From Setoptus koraiensis (lineage: Eukaryota; Animalia; Arthropoda), in NCBI GenBank assembly GCA_048013815.1, contig CM106585.1, positions 1 to 64,000 of the forward strand: a stretch of DNA of 64,000 nt, given 5' to 3'. Both the position numbers and the translations under genes were made by a program. Below the pieces are notes generated by a model. That model searched no databases. It was not told where the DNA came from and saw nothing but the letters and a program-made list of their open reading frames with translations. The first letter of the stretch is position 1; each line of letters opens with the position of its first letter. This document shows positions 40,501-53,920 of the stretch, piece after piece.

Positions 40501-43500
40501 GTCTATTGTCAGTGCCGTCGGCTTGCCAATTGCGATTCGCGTTGCCGGCGGCTGCAATGGGCACTCGGGAGAGTCGAGTCCCGACGAAAGAATTAAAATG
40601 AGAATCGCCGTTAGTTGGAGTTGAGAATCTGCGAATAACAATGAAGCGACGCCGCCCAAAAAGATGCCCGCCGTTGCTGGCTGATTTTGCATTTGTGTCC
40701 GCGAGCATCTATGCGCCGCGCGGCCCCATGCGAGTCTGTGCGAGTCTGTGCGAGTCTATGCCAGTCTATGCAAGTCCGGCGGCTCGCAATGGCTAAATTG
40801 TAATGTTTGAAATCAGTGAGTTAAATCATCGATTCATCCGCTCGGGAATCTCGAAAGTAGTTAAGCTCAGCAGATGGATGCGAGCGGCCAGCCCGACTGC
40901 GCGTCTCCGTGGGAACGCGCCCTAAGTGGGCCAGTCGTTTGGGCCGCCACCGCCGCACGTGGGAGCCCGGTAAGTGGGAGCGTCATTTGTGGGGGCGAGC
41001 AAGTGGGAGCGTCGTCGATGGGAGCAAGTGGGCGCCGGTTGCGTGGCCAATAGTTTAAGTTGCTTGATTGGCGCCAGTTCAGCTGGTTAATATATTCCAT
41101 TACAATTCATTCCATTCCATTTGACTTGTCGTGCTACCGTTATTGGTTGGCGCTCGGGGTCGCGCGCATTGCAATTGCAATTCCAATGCGATGTCGCGAG
41201 TCGCGAGTCGCAACTCGCGATTTCAAGCGGAGGCGCGAGTCCGCACGAGGGCAAAACGGCCCGCACTGCGCCGGCTATAGGGCCGGCGCATGGCGGCACA
41301 GCACGCAGACACGGCTGACCTAGCGACATTGGACCTTAGAGAGAAATGGCGACATCGGCAGCTAGCAGCAACACGGCGACTTGGGCACATAGCGACTTGA
41401 CGCCGGCAAAACGGAGCGTAACAGCAGAAGTGTATTCGGTTGAGTTGGCGTAGTGCGCTTTGCTTTTTGGTCATGTTGTTGTCGCTCGTTTGGCATGTCG
41501 TCGTCGTTTCTTGTTGTCGCTTGATCGCTTGATCGCTTGCAACTGGCTGCACAGGCCCTATGCTGGCCCCTTTGTCGCCGCGTACACGCAACAACAATTG
41601 CAACAGCCCAATAATGGCCGCTCGGCGACTCGCGACTCGCGAATGTCGCTATAGTCATATCGGCTGTAATGTTGCTGGCGACACTCAAATGTGCGCCCGT
41701 GTCAGCCGGCCCGCCGACGTTAGCTAGTGGGAGTCGCCAGTGTCGCTAGTGTCGCTAGTGTCGCTAGTGTCGCTAGTGTCGCTAGTGTCGCTGGTGTCGC
41801 TAGTGTCGCTGGTGTCGCTAGTGTCGCTGGTGTCGCTAGTGTCGCTGGTGTCGCTGGTGGGACTGCCCGAGCTAGAGTCGGGCGGCGAGAGTGCAAATGG
41901 AAATAAAAATAAAAGTGTAAACGCCAAGAGTGCCACACCAAATGGCGATGTAAGTGTCAGACACACGCGCAAGGTGGGAGGTGAACTATTACCATCGGGG
42001 CTGGCTGTTAGGTGGCGCTCGGAGCTATTCGAGGCGTCGCGCGTTTTTATTTTCATGCGCATTTATCTTTTGGGGCCCAAAACGCAAAACGAGCCCGACG
42101 CGAGACGCGACCGACGCAAAACGACAGCGACAGTCGCAGCGGACAGGGCTGTCCACTTTTGGGTGTGTGTGTTGGCAATTTTGTCTCTGGCTGGCGTCGG
42201 TGTTTTGCATTTGGGGGCCCCATTGCTGGTTGGGCCAAATGAGCTGGCGTGGGCCGTGTCAATGGTTCGACACATGAGACAAAAATCGATTTATTGGCCA
42301 TAAATCCATATTTTCGCTTTTGGCGCTCTCGCCTATTACTCAAATGACACTTAAGACACACACACTGCGCATCAAGCCAGATTTATTGGGGCACACATGA
42401 CAGCGCCGTTGGCCCCAAAAGTGTCCATGTCACTCGATGTCGGCGTGTTGAGTCGCGCCTCACTGAGTGACACCACTTTTCATAACAGTCAAAAGTGGTA
42501 AAAAACAAATATCCAGTTTACATGATGACGCGCCATAAAAGCGATTGATGCCACTGCCACCGGCGATACACCAGCGATACACCGGCGATACACCGGCGAT
42601 ACACCAACGACAACTAACTAGGCACCAACAATGTACAACAAGAGCAATTTACTGGTCGCCAGCAGCGTGAGCTACCCAACAGCGCGCTATAACTGCCCCT
42701 TCATAAGCGTTACGTTAAGTTACGTAACAGTCATAAGTGGTGCAGGTTAGCTCACCTGGTGGCTGCTGCTGCCACCACTGACAGTGCTGCCAATTGGGCG
42801 AGCCTGCGTGTGCCCAATTTGAGCCAATATCGCACCCACTGGCCGCCATATTGAATGGTGGGCCCCTCTTTTCATCTCTTATCTCTTCTCATATCTTTGC
42901 TATCTATCTAAAACTAATTTTGCTTTAAATTAAATCACCGACATCTAACCATTAGCTGGCAGGTGCTAGCCTTGTGTTTTTGTTTCTCTGCTGCCGCCAG
43001 AGTTGTTGTTGTTGTTGTTGCATCATCCATTCTCAGTTTCGCTCACAATGCTGCTGGGGCCAAGCGAAGGCAAGTCTGCGTGGATAAGACGCTCATATTG
43101 CCTGGCTCACATGGCGTTGTCTAGTTTCATGCCAGCACAAGCCTCGTGCCTCATGCCGTCTCATCGGCTTGTCTTATCTGCCACATACTATATATATACT
43201 TGCAAACTGATGGCATTAGACAAGATGGCTCAAGACGCGATGAAACGAGATGAGACCGAGCGGCCAATACAAGCAATATAAGCACATTATATACCAAGCT
43301 AGCCATATAATGCGCTGTTACACAATTGGCTGTTTGAAAGGTTGGCTTGTGATTTCGCGTTGCTGCTTCCATTATTCTGTACGTATTATGTAACGTGCTA
43401 ATGGAAGTTTTACTTTTTTCTTTCCCCTTCCCCTTCCCTTTTCCTTTCTCCATCTTCTTCTCATTCGTCTTCAGCTTCTTATTCGTCTTCTGCTTCTTGC

Positions 43501-46500
43501 TCGGCCTCTTGCCATCGAACAAACAATGAATAATCTTCTATTATAACTGTTGTTTGTTCAGCCACAACAAGCACCTAATATATGGCAAATATAAACCACA
43601 TATTGCTTGCCTTATCTAAATCTCGCATTGTTGTGCCACCAAAGATTTAGATCAGGTATCAGTTGCTGTTGCTGTTGCTTTATATGATTACCTAACCATA
43701 TACTCAACTAGACGCTCTGGCCGCCCGCTGTTGCCAGCTCCATAGCTTTGGCCAGCTATCCAGAGTTGGCCAGCTATCCAAAGTTGGCAAGCTTGATAGA
43801 TGGGCATGGACAAATAATAAGACAAGCACACATTATATCGAAGGAAATAAATTGCCAGTCATATAGTGTAAACAGAACCTTCTGGTGTGCACCTCAACAG
43901 AGCAACCCGAAAACAGACAAGTCAGCTCAGGTGATATATGATGAAACCGTTGTGCTGTGCCAGAAATAAAGTGAAAATAAGTGTTACGAGATGCCAACAT
44001 CCCAGCACAAATCCGATTAGTTGCTAAACAGATCAAATCCCACTCGCGATGAGATTTGATACGAATTAAAAGATGTTTATTGACACAATATCGGCCGCTT
44101 TTCTACACATATCCTTTCGTTGCCCAGTGCCTCCTCTGCCATTTAGCATCCACTGTAAGCAATCTATTGTAATGGTAGAACGAGAAAACAAAAAGCGCTA
44201 TTACAAGGGTCCTCTGCTCATCTCACGATACATAAAATGCAATGAGTTGCGTCCGATGAGTTGCAAGCTCCGTTGCCAGCTATGACACAAGCGAGCTGCA
44301 CTGGCTTGTGTTGCACTAATTATCATTGTGTCAATCATCACTAATCAATTCAATAATTAATCAAATTAATTAAATTTAAATTTTTTGCCTCTTAACAGGT
44401 GTCAAGGATCGTTTGTTGTATTTCAATGACAGGCGCGCAACACAAGAGTTGCCTATATTGTCAAGGGCCTATTTTGATTTATGTGGCATTAAATGTCACA
44501 AGGCGAATATAACAGTTCAATTGTCGCTGCGATCGCGACCAAACAGATCACTTATAAACAATTATTATACTAATAATGGTATTCAAATCAAAAGCACATC
44601 AATTAACAACAGCAGCAGCATCAGCAACAACAACAATTATCTGGATCGAAGCAACGAATTAGATGTAAACGGATCAACAAGAACAATTGATTTAAAGCAG
44701 TCAATCAATTGTGATCGTGATGCATATACAATGGTGTCAAAAAGAAAAATTTGCGGTAAGTTGGCAATACAAATAAGCACTCGATATGTCGACAAAATCT
44801 CACTCGATTGCCGACCAGTCTCAACAATGTCACCCATTGTAAGTGATATGTCGTTGACATGTAATCAATCTATGCGGTTGTTGCAACTTGCAAGTCACTT
44901 GTCGTTTGTTGTAGGTGGTTCAAGACTTTTCGATGGTTGACCATTTCGTTTCGTTAGTCGTCCACTTGGGCCACTAACAGTTGGCCAGTTGATAGATGTT
45001 ATATCACACTAGCATGGTGTCACTATGGTTTATGGTGGCCACAATGTGTCATTAAATTGAACTGGATTCCTTAATGGTGTGTCTTTGGTTGGGTTTGTGA
45101 CATTTAGTTTGATCTATTTCAGTTTAGTGCGACTTGTATTTTAGCGGGCTAAAATAGAAGTTTAGTGGCTGGTGCTGTGTCATTAGGTGCTTGCACCATG
45201 ATATAGTTTTATACCGTTAGAGGGTGTTGTCTTGTTTGATGGCGGCTCTGTCCAATTTGTACAGATGATAATCTACTCGCTCTTCATTTTGTATATATAT
45301 ATATTATATATGGCCCCTCAATGGTGATAGAGTGGTCACTAGGTGAACGTTTGACAAGACTTGCACACTGTTAGTGCAGCAACAACGGCAGCAACAACAG
45401 CAGCAACAACAATTGCACATTTGTGATAGATACTCTCATTGAATGTATGTGTTGTTAGATAGTAACAGTTATTTGTTAGATGGGCAACATTTTAACCGCT
45501 GCTACTTGCTGCCGTTGGTCAACTGCGGCTCAATATATCTAGCCACCGCCGACATATATTATAACGGTGCCGGCAGCACAACAAAACTTGCCATTTGAGT
45601 GGCGCAGTTATTTGCTTTGGAATAAACGCTTAATGTGTCACCATTAGCTCGCCACAAGAAACTCTCACTCTACTTTACACACCGGCCCCAGTTGAGAAAC
45701 ACCGAGAGAGGCTCTAGAGGGGCCCACAGCGACTAAACTGGCCTAGACCAACAACTGGGCCTGGCTAGTTTAGTCTGGCTAGTTTAGTCTGGCTAGTTCA
45801 GTCTGGCTAGTTTAGTCTGGCCAGTTAGTGCAGCGCTGGCCAGCCAGACTAAACTAGCTGGCGAGTAAAGTGCCAGTAAAAGGGGAACCTGTTCAACTGG
45901 TCGGCACACTCACTGGCTCTCCCGTTGGGCCAGTGAATGAGCCGACCAGCCGACCAACTAGGCGTACCAGGCCAGCCAGCTAGGCGCACTAGTGATTACG
46001 TTGGCAATAACATATAGGCGATAATAACGGTGAACATAAGTCGCCACTAATGCGCACGCTATCCACAATAGGCCGCCCTAGCCGCCCAGTTGGTTGTCTG
46101 ATGCGCGTTACATAAGCTGGGCCCGCGACGTTACATAATCAGAGAGCGTACGTTACGCCAGCCAAGCGACTCGCCAGATCTTTAGCCAATTTACTAGCGT
46201 CAGCTGTTGGCGACCTGTCTCTATTTTACACTTCCTCTTGCCTATTACTCACTTGGCTGGGTTGTATCTTACTTTATCTTACTATATCTTGTATGCTACT
46301 TCGATCACTCTATCTGTTTCATCTGGTGGCGACTGGCGACGGGCGACTCAACTGCAGCTAGCCAGCCAGCCAGCTCAAGTCAGTCTCACATGGCTGGCGA
46401 GCGGATAACAACTAGCCGATAGTGACTCACCTCGAGTATCGCACAAAATTTTAACTCCTTTGAAACTAGACACTCTCAAAGCACTCGCCATTATATAACA

Positions 46501-49500
46501 GTTATATACTGTATAACTTGGCGATATACGCGCGATATATGGCCAAATATATATATATGTGGGGCCCTCTAGTGTTGAGGGCAAGCCGAATGACTTGTAT
46601 CTGCTGATCGTATAATTGATCGTTAACTCATGTTGACAAAACAGAGGGCGCCACACATTAAAAACAAGCAAACCCACTTACTTACGCAACACAACCACTT
46701 CCATTTATATGACATTCCTCCTATTCTTTTCCCCTTGTATTATTATTATTACGATTACTATTACTATTATGTAATACTAATATCAGAGCCACCCTGAAAG
46801 CTGTTAATTCTTTCACTCCATTGACTATCTTGGCTGGCGGCTTTTTCAGAGCGCGCTCGCTAGGTGTCGTTATGGGCGCAGTGATGCGCCCTCTCAACCA
46901 ATTCACCCATTCATGCCCTTGTGAGACACTTACAACTTGCCACACAAAGACACATTACAAAATTTCTCAACCAGGTGACGACACACACACACACACACAC
47001 ACACACACGCGAGTTAGCAAAGCGAAAAGTTATCAATCAAGTTTGCTTTTACTTTTAATTCTCAACTTGTCTACTTCACTGGCTCCCTTTTATGCCCCCC
47101 CCCCTCCCGCTCTTTCTCCCTGTGTCACCTGTCTCACGAGCAACTGTCAAGTGTTGCCGCGAGCTCGCAACTGTCAACTATGCACTCACCAGAACAGCTG
47201 TCAATTGAAGACAACAAAGTTACGCAATATACTGAGTAACGCCATCTATTTGTGGCAACGAGTAGCTGCTATTTTGGCTAGGTCTCTCTCTCTCTCTATT
47301 GAGTTTGCTCTATTGAGCACCCAGTGAGGGTGCAAGTAAGAGGATAGTAATAGAAACGCTTAAATAGTTCAATAAATCAATAGTAATAGCAACTATTCAG
47401 TTGCTTGCCAAAAACAATCAATTGGACGAAACTTAATCATAAGCCTGGCTTGCTAAGCCAGCTATTGTGCTTGCAACGGGATGCAACGGTCAAGTTGAGG
47501 CTCAACAGTGATAGTTGTTCAATATGGTCCGTTTATATCTATCTGGTGTTGGCCAATAATCTAAGTATTATTCAGTTAACACCGGAAAACAGTTTGTCAC
47601 ACAGTGATGGATTATGACCATCTTTGTAACTAATTTTTGGCTTATCCGCTCCAAATCCGTTGCATTATCCTTAACAATTCGATTTAGTGTGTCTCTGCAA
47701 ACTAAATCTCTCCAGTCATCAAATTAGCCGCTAGAGTTAATTGACTTATTCAGGTAAAAGATACAGGTACAAACAGACAATAGTTTACAACATGTCACTG
47801 AGCATCTAGTGCGCCACCTATATCCTTTGACTATTTCACTATATATCAAATGATGACAGTATAACAATAACTGTGATCACAATTATAATTACATTGAACA
47901 AACACTTCACTCTACATATTTCGTTTGTTCTAGTATTTCATTCGAACCTCGAGCCAATTATTTTAAATGATGTAACTCGCAAGGCTAAGGTGATTATATG
48001 ATTGGATGGTGTCGATGATCGCTTGATCGATGTCGTCGCACATACATCATATGATATTTTGGGCCTGTTACAATCGTTAAATGAAAGAAAAGAGAATAGA
48101 TTCGAGTTGCGAGTTGAACCGCTAAATCAGACACTCAGCTACATTGTGTATAGATTGTAAGTACGCCTCAATTGTTACATAATGACACAATAAATAATAC
48201 ACACTCGCTAACTTTGTTTCGCATTCACTCCATCATACATATATATATATATATATTTATATATGGATATATGCGAGGATACTGCGATATAATGGAGAAA
48301 ATGTGATGATCACTGACAAATGTTGGCCTATCTCACCCATGGCATAATTTGCATATTCATCATACTGTATTAGTTGTTTTTGTTGTTATATCCACACCAT
48401 CATCATTAGATGATATCCACAATACAACTATTCTGATCTGATGATGCAACGGGCCATCTTATTCTGGCATATAGGCTATCGTTATTTTGGCATGAATTGA
48501 AGCATGATAGTTTGATAGCATTTGGTCATCCATTCCATCCATTCATTCGTATCTAATCTAAAATAATGTGTTGACTTTATGAATGATAACGTAATCATAA
48601 TCATATCAGCACGTTAAGACCCACTCTACTATAAATGTTATGTATTATACCAATATATGAATTATCATGAGTCATAATAATGAGTTATAGCTATATAGTA
48701 TTGAGCTCATTAGAGTGATTCCACTTGATTTCATTCGCGCACATTGTCTCAGAGATATATTCAGTGAAGGACTAGGACAGTTTGCTTGATTGATGAAACT
48801 AGCTAAGCTCAACTGAAATATTATTATCAGCACAGCAACACTCGCCCACCATCGACAACAAGAAATCCTAGTTAATCCATTATTGTCTATATTTGGTCTG
48901 TGATCAATTCATTAGATTATCTCGTCGACGTTGACAAGACAGATAGAGATAGGAATGCCTTTGTTGTAATGGCGTTGTCATGATTAGATTATATTAGACA
49001 AATTATAATCTAATCTATAACCAGATATATATACCCAATATTGATAGAGTCCCATCCCATCTCAACCAACCAACCAACGTTCAAGCCATTTTGGCTTGTT
49101 TGGGTGACAATTGATCATCATCGCTCAATATCGTTCAGTCCACTGATCGAGCCACAATTTACTGGTTTGCAATGTTTGTTTGCTATCAAAAGCTGATTCG
49201 TCATGCTAGTTTCGCCTGTTTGAAAATTGTAATTCTCACCTTCACATTCACTGCATGATCATCCAGACCATAATGAACGAAAATTATTGAAATTAATAAT
49301 TTTTCACTTGTCTTCATACTCCATTAAAACCAATTTGATCGGCAGGTGCCACTGACAAGGTTATAGAACTGTTGCCCATGTTCACCCAATTTGATAGCTG
49401 GCTGAGCAAACTGAAACCGATTTCATCATCATCATCGTCGCATATCTCAATTGATGGCGATTCTCAAGCAAAAAACACCGACTCAAAAAGCGATCATTCG

Positions 49501-52500
49501 TCTGCTAATTCTCTTAGAGATGAAATATATCAATTTGATGGCGTAACAACTGGAGCAGTAATACCAAGTGATTACTTTCTACCTGATATCAATGCTGCAA
49601 TTCAATTGAACAATTCCACGACTCAATTACCGGCAACAACAGCAACAACAAATGCAAATATTAATCAAAAAGTGAATTTCGGACAACAACATTCAATATC
49701 GTTTTGGATGAAACATTCTCCATTTCAATTTTTAAATAATCAACAGCAATTAGATGCAAATGATGCAAGCATTATGAATGATTTGGCCAAACATTACAAG
49801 GAGCACATATTGTGTTCGAGCGATCAGCACAGTAAGTTCACTTATTAACTAACTTAATTATTATGTAATTAATAGCGCATGCATACTAACAACTGCTAAT
49901 TCAATTGCTAATCTGACTTTTCTTACTTTATGCAGGGAGGAACCGTCATCACTACTCGTTGTTTGTAAGAAATTGTCGTCTTATTTTGCTTATGAGACGT
50001 CATCTAAATCAATCGATACCCAATGATTCCGGCACCTTCTTGCCAGCAGAATGGCGTTGGCAATCAAGCTCCATATGCGACAATAGATGGCATCATTATG
50101 TAATACAAGTTGATTATCCGAATAATATTGAATTATTTGTTGATGGGCAACATCAAGAGACAACCGACAACAACCCTGTTATTGTGGACGATCTGCCATT
50201 ACATGATAATAATAACAATAATAACAGTGCCACTACTGAGAAGACTGTCTTCACATTGGGAGTGTGTTGGGATGGAAAAACTAATGAGACAACTGGATAT
50301 TTTAGAGGCTTTCTATCGGCTCTAATGATTTTGCCAAACAGAATAGAACAAAACAGAGTAATAGAATGTGTGAATAGTTGCGCCGAAAGTTTAGTAAGTT
50401 TATCATATAGTGATAGTGGCGATCGCAGTAATAATAACAATAACAATTATAATAACAACAACAATAATAATCGTGGTCAAGTGATCAAAAGAAGACGAAA
50501 GAAATTAATTAATAGAACTATTGTCAATGGTAACAGTGATCAACAAATAATTAATCAATTGGATTACTTTGGTGATGATGGAGACACAAACAAATTAAGT
50601 GACGACACCAACAACAACAAAATTGACAATTCGTTTGTTTCATATCAATTAAGCTCATCTGAAATCATTTTGAACGGACATGACCTTCTAGACATAAACG
50701 AGGCTCTATCGCGAATCGCCTACGTCAATTATAGGGACTATCCATCGTTGACAACAACAAGAACGATTAACTTGGTAACCAATATCAATTGTTTAGGTAA
50801 CAATATATTACAAGGGGAGCCATCAGCTATTGTCATTGATCCAATTAATATTGATATCATAATGAGCCAATTTGACTTGGATGACTCCATCATTCATCGT
50901 CACAACACTTTGTTCAATCGCTATTTTAGTAACTATCAGCGACAACAGCTACGACTAGAGTTAATTGGTACATCGAATTTGGAGCAAGAATATAATTCGT
51001 TTCTGAAAGGAATAGATATCTTCTCAAGTGTATCAATACGAAAAAGATTGATCAACAACAATATGATGCTGCAACAAAAGCATCACAATCAATCTGAGGA
51101 AGCTCCAACAAACACCCATCCAATCAATCAAATTGAAGATATTGGTAGATTAAAGATTGAATCTTGTTTCATTGATATATATCCGCCACTAAATGATTAT
51201 CACGAATCATTGATTTTGCCCAAAGATTTGCTCGATGCTTCAATTATATACTGGAAACAATCCAGTAGAGGCGCTATAATCTATGGTAAGTTGTTCTCGT
51301 CAACATAATGTTAATCTTTAGTATCTTTGATATAATAAAAAATACCGATCATTTTGATCTAACATCCGTCTCTTCTTATCGGTTCTCCCACACATTAATT
51401 TTTTAGGCTTGGACGAGATGGAAGTATATGAGAGAATTCTGAAAAATATCAAATACGTTAATACAAAACCAGCCTTTTACTCAGAGAGGGACATCAAGTT
51501 GATTTGTTCTGATCTGAATGGTCTATTAACAAGTAATCAGTATTCTCAGACGTTGACCATAATTCATCCGAAATCGTTGCCTGAAAACTTTTCATCAGAT
51601 GCACCAATTATGACCACTAATGAAAGTGAAAGTAAAAAATTGTTTGACTACAATCAAAGAGTTGTCATAACACAACAAACGTTCATCAATGATCTCACAT
51701 CATCAGCTAATCATACTATCCAAAATAAACAGCCAACAAATGATAATGTTAATAATATTGCAAATTCATCACAAGAGAGAGATTTAAACTCAAAACTACG
51801 CAACAATGAACAAGAATTATTCTATCTCCATTCGTCTGATATGCTGGACACAAGATCAAACCAGCAACACAACACAAAAATCAACAGAATTGTTGTTGCC
51901 TTTCTTGTTTTTAGTGTCAGCATTGTAATTCTTGTCATTATAATTAGTGCAACAAAATTAAGAGCAACCAATAGTATGAATATGACCAATTTAATACCTG
52001 CACAAGACGGCTACAACGCGGGAATAGATGGACTAGATTCGATGGCCTGGGACGAATCATTAACTATAACAGTTAATCCGTTTGATTATTTGCATGATGA
52101 AAAAACCAACAGAGATAAATTAACAAAACATAATAATGCCGATAATGATGGGCGAAGTTTAGGGAAAAGTCTATTGAAAGATATTAATCAAGATGAGCTG
52201 ACCGATGGAACAAATTACGAAACAATACCTTTCGTAAGATGTAAACATCACAAAGATGAAGCCCATTATTATCATTATCATCATCATAACCATTCAACAG
52301 CAGGACAACAAGAACAATCAATAGATGTTAGCAGTGAAGATGACAAGTTCGACGATAATTATAGAATTATTGATATGCATTCATTGCATGGTGATTATTC
52401 TCAAGATGATGATCATCTCGATGAAAATCACCTACACCGGCATCATCATCATCACCATCATAGGCATCACATGGACAATAATACGAAAGATGACGACTTG

Positions 52501-53094
52501 CTAGAAAATGAAAATGAATGCTCAGATGAAGACGAGGAAATCGACGATGACGACGAAGAAGAGGAAATAGAAATTGATGAAGAAGAGGATGATGACGACA
52601 TTGATGAAGAAGACGAGGATGAAGACGATGACAACAATGATGAGGAGGAGGATGACGAAAAAACAATCAACAACAATAATATGCAAACTACTAGTAGCGG
52701 TAATTTGACCGATAAACAATTGAATAACAGGTCAACATATCAGCGAAGTCAAAGACAGCTCAGATTCAGACGAAGCGCCTCCACAAATGGTGGCCACCAC
52801 AAACGATGTGACAATAACAATCAATCAGATGATGATTTAATTAGTGATAATTTCATTAGTGAGGACGATGACGATGTAGTTGCTACAGCAACTGAAACAA
52901 GCGAGGACGATACACCGGCTTTAGTAAGCAATGATTCATCTACTGCCAGCAATTATACTATTCATCAACAAAATTGTAGATTAAAATCCAGCAACAATCT
53001 TCATAGTCGTCGACAGCATCATCATCATCATTTATATCAAAATCATAATCAACATCATTGTCATGATTGCGCCCATGCAAATCGCAATCAGTAA
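21588..53094 (+). CDS. CLSTN1: Calsyntenin (alcadein) ortholog, 8 exons: 21588-21795, 36038-37669, 37855-38044, 38425-38999, 44399-44755, 49346-49831, 49936-51285, 51407-53094 (~2161 aa)
   Basis: Cadherin repeats (YYGTITESE; VEDVNEYGPEF; VVAHDCFG), CDRDAY...RKICG, RHHYSLFVRNCRLILL, WRWQSSSICDNRWHHY LamG-like region, TM helix and AWDESLTITVNP motif. All seven GT-AG junctions preserve frame (6486 nt total). Exon 1 is the least certain; the human paralog number is nominal. Confidence 0.88.
23901..23952. repeat. (TA)n microsatellite
   Basis: Direct reading. Confidence 0.95.
24857..24912. repeat. Minisatellite (CCAACAACCGAG) x~4
   Basis: 12-bp unit in the calsyntenin intron 1 model. Confidence 0.85.
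27527..27572. repeat. Minisatellite (ATATAACTCATATG) x~3-4
   Basis: 14-bp unit. Confidence 0.8.
28019..28143. repeat. (ACAACAACG)n compound microsatellite
   Basis: 9-bp unit, ~13 copies. Confidence 0.9.
32714..32839. repeat. Minisatellite (CAGTGTCCGC) x6 plus degenerate tail
   Basis: 10-bp unit. Confidence 0.9.
33092..33148. repeat. Minisatellite (GCTGGCCCAAACCxx) x~4
   Basis: 15-bp unit. Confidence 0.75.
37453..37509 (+). repeat. (AAC)19 coding microsatellite (poly-Asn) in calsyntenin exon 2
   Basis: Direct reading, in frame. Confidence 0.9.
39467..39536. repeat. Minisatellite (AGGTGGTCGCT) x~6
   Basis: 11-bp unit. Confidence 0.9.
41739..41858. repeat. Minisatellite ([A/G]GTGTCGCT) x~13
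   Basis: 9-bp unit. Confidence 0.92.
42558..42605. repeat. Minisatellite (CACCGGCGATA) x~4
   Basis: 11-bp unit. Confidence 0.85.
45772..45858. repeat. Minisatellite (CTGGCTAGTTTAGT) x~4 followed by one inverted unit
   Basis: 14-bp unit; CCAGACTAAACTAGC near 45845-45859 is its reverse complement. Confidence 0.8.
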
Positions 53095-53920
53095 CAGTTG
53101 CATGGTTTACGCAAATTATGATTAATGAACATCCAACTAATTTGTTCGCTCCAAATCACTTTGTTCTCAACAAAAATCTTGCCAAAATGTCCATGAGTAT
53201 CAATAATAAAAAATTGAGTTGAGATTGAGGAGAAAAGAGGAAAATATAGATTAAAAGAAGCAATCGAGTGATAATATTGATAAAGTCACTTTAAATTTAA
53301 CTATTTGATTGGTTGCTCTATCATTGGTATACAAATATATCAATAAAAAAAGCTCTTCAAATTTGTTGCAAATACTCATTCACATATCACAAAATGATGT
53401 TATCATTATAATATAATTGTGTTGATATTCATTAAAAATCTATTCGGTTAATTAGAAAAACTGATTACCATTATCAAACAAAGGTCCATTCTCACAGATT
53501 CATTGTGGCATTTATCGTGGTGCTAAACTTTCTGAGTTATACATATTCTTACATATACACTTTTTTTAATTGTAATTGTTGTGGTTTTCATGAGTAGTCA
53601 TCAATTGTTGTTTAGATGACCTGAACTCAGTTAGCTTCAATAATCTAACAATTTCCGATGCCAACTAATTTAGTTATGCCGACCATATATTAAGAGAAAA
53701 AATAGAGCAATCTTTTCTGAGTATTTACAAAAAACTGTTCATATATTACAGTAGCAATCAGAGAGGTTTTTCAATCGGTAAATATTCTATCTGACAAAAA
53801 TGAGTGTTATTACATTATACATTCTATGGCTCGGGTCAAGTGACTTTACATTATATAATAGGCAAGCTTTATAAATCGCGACCCAATTGCTAGATCATGT
53901 GGTATAACATCAATCTACTG

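Noticed and set aside
40393-42361. Cluster of overlapping 60-190-aa ORFs in the GC-rich intron island
   Set aside because: Stop-codon scarcity in GC-rich repeat DNA; no domain similarity.
32714-45858. Regular short repeat arrays as CRISPR-like loci
   Set aside because: Head-to-tail units with no unique spacers, no cas genes, eukaryotic intron context.
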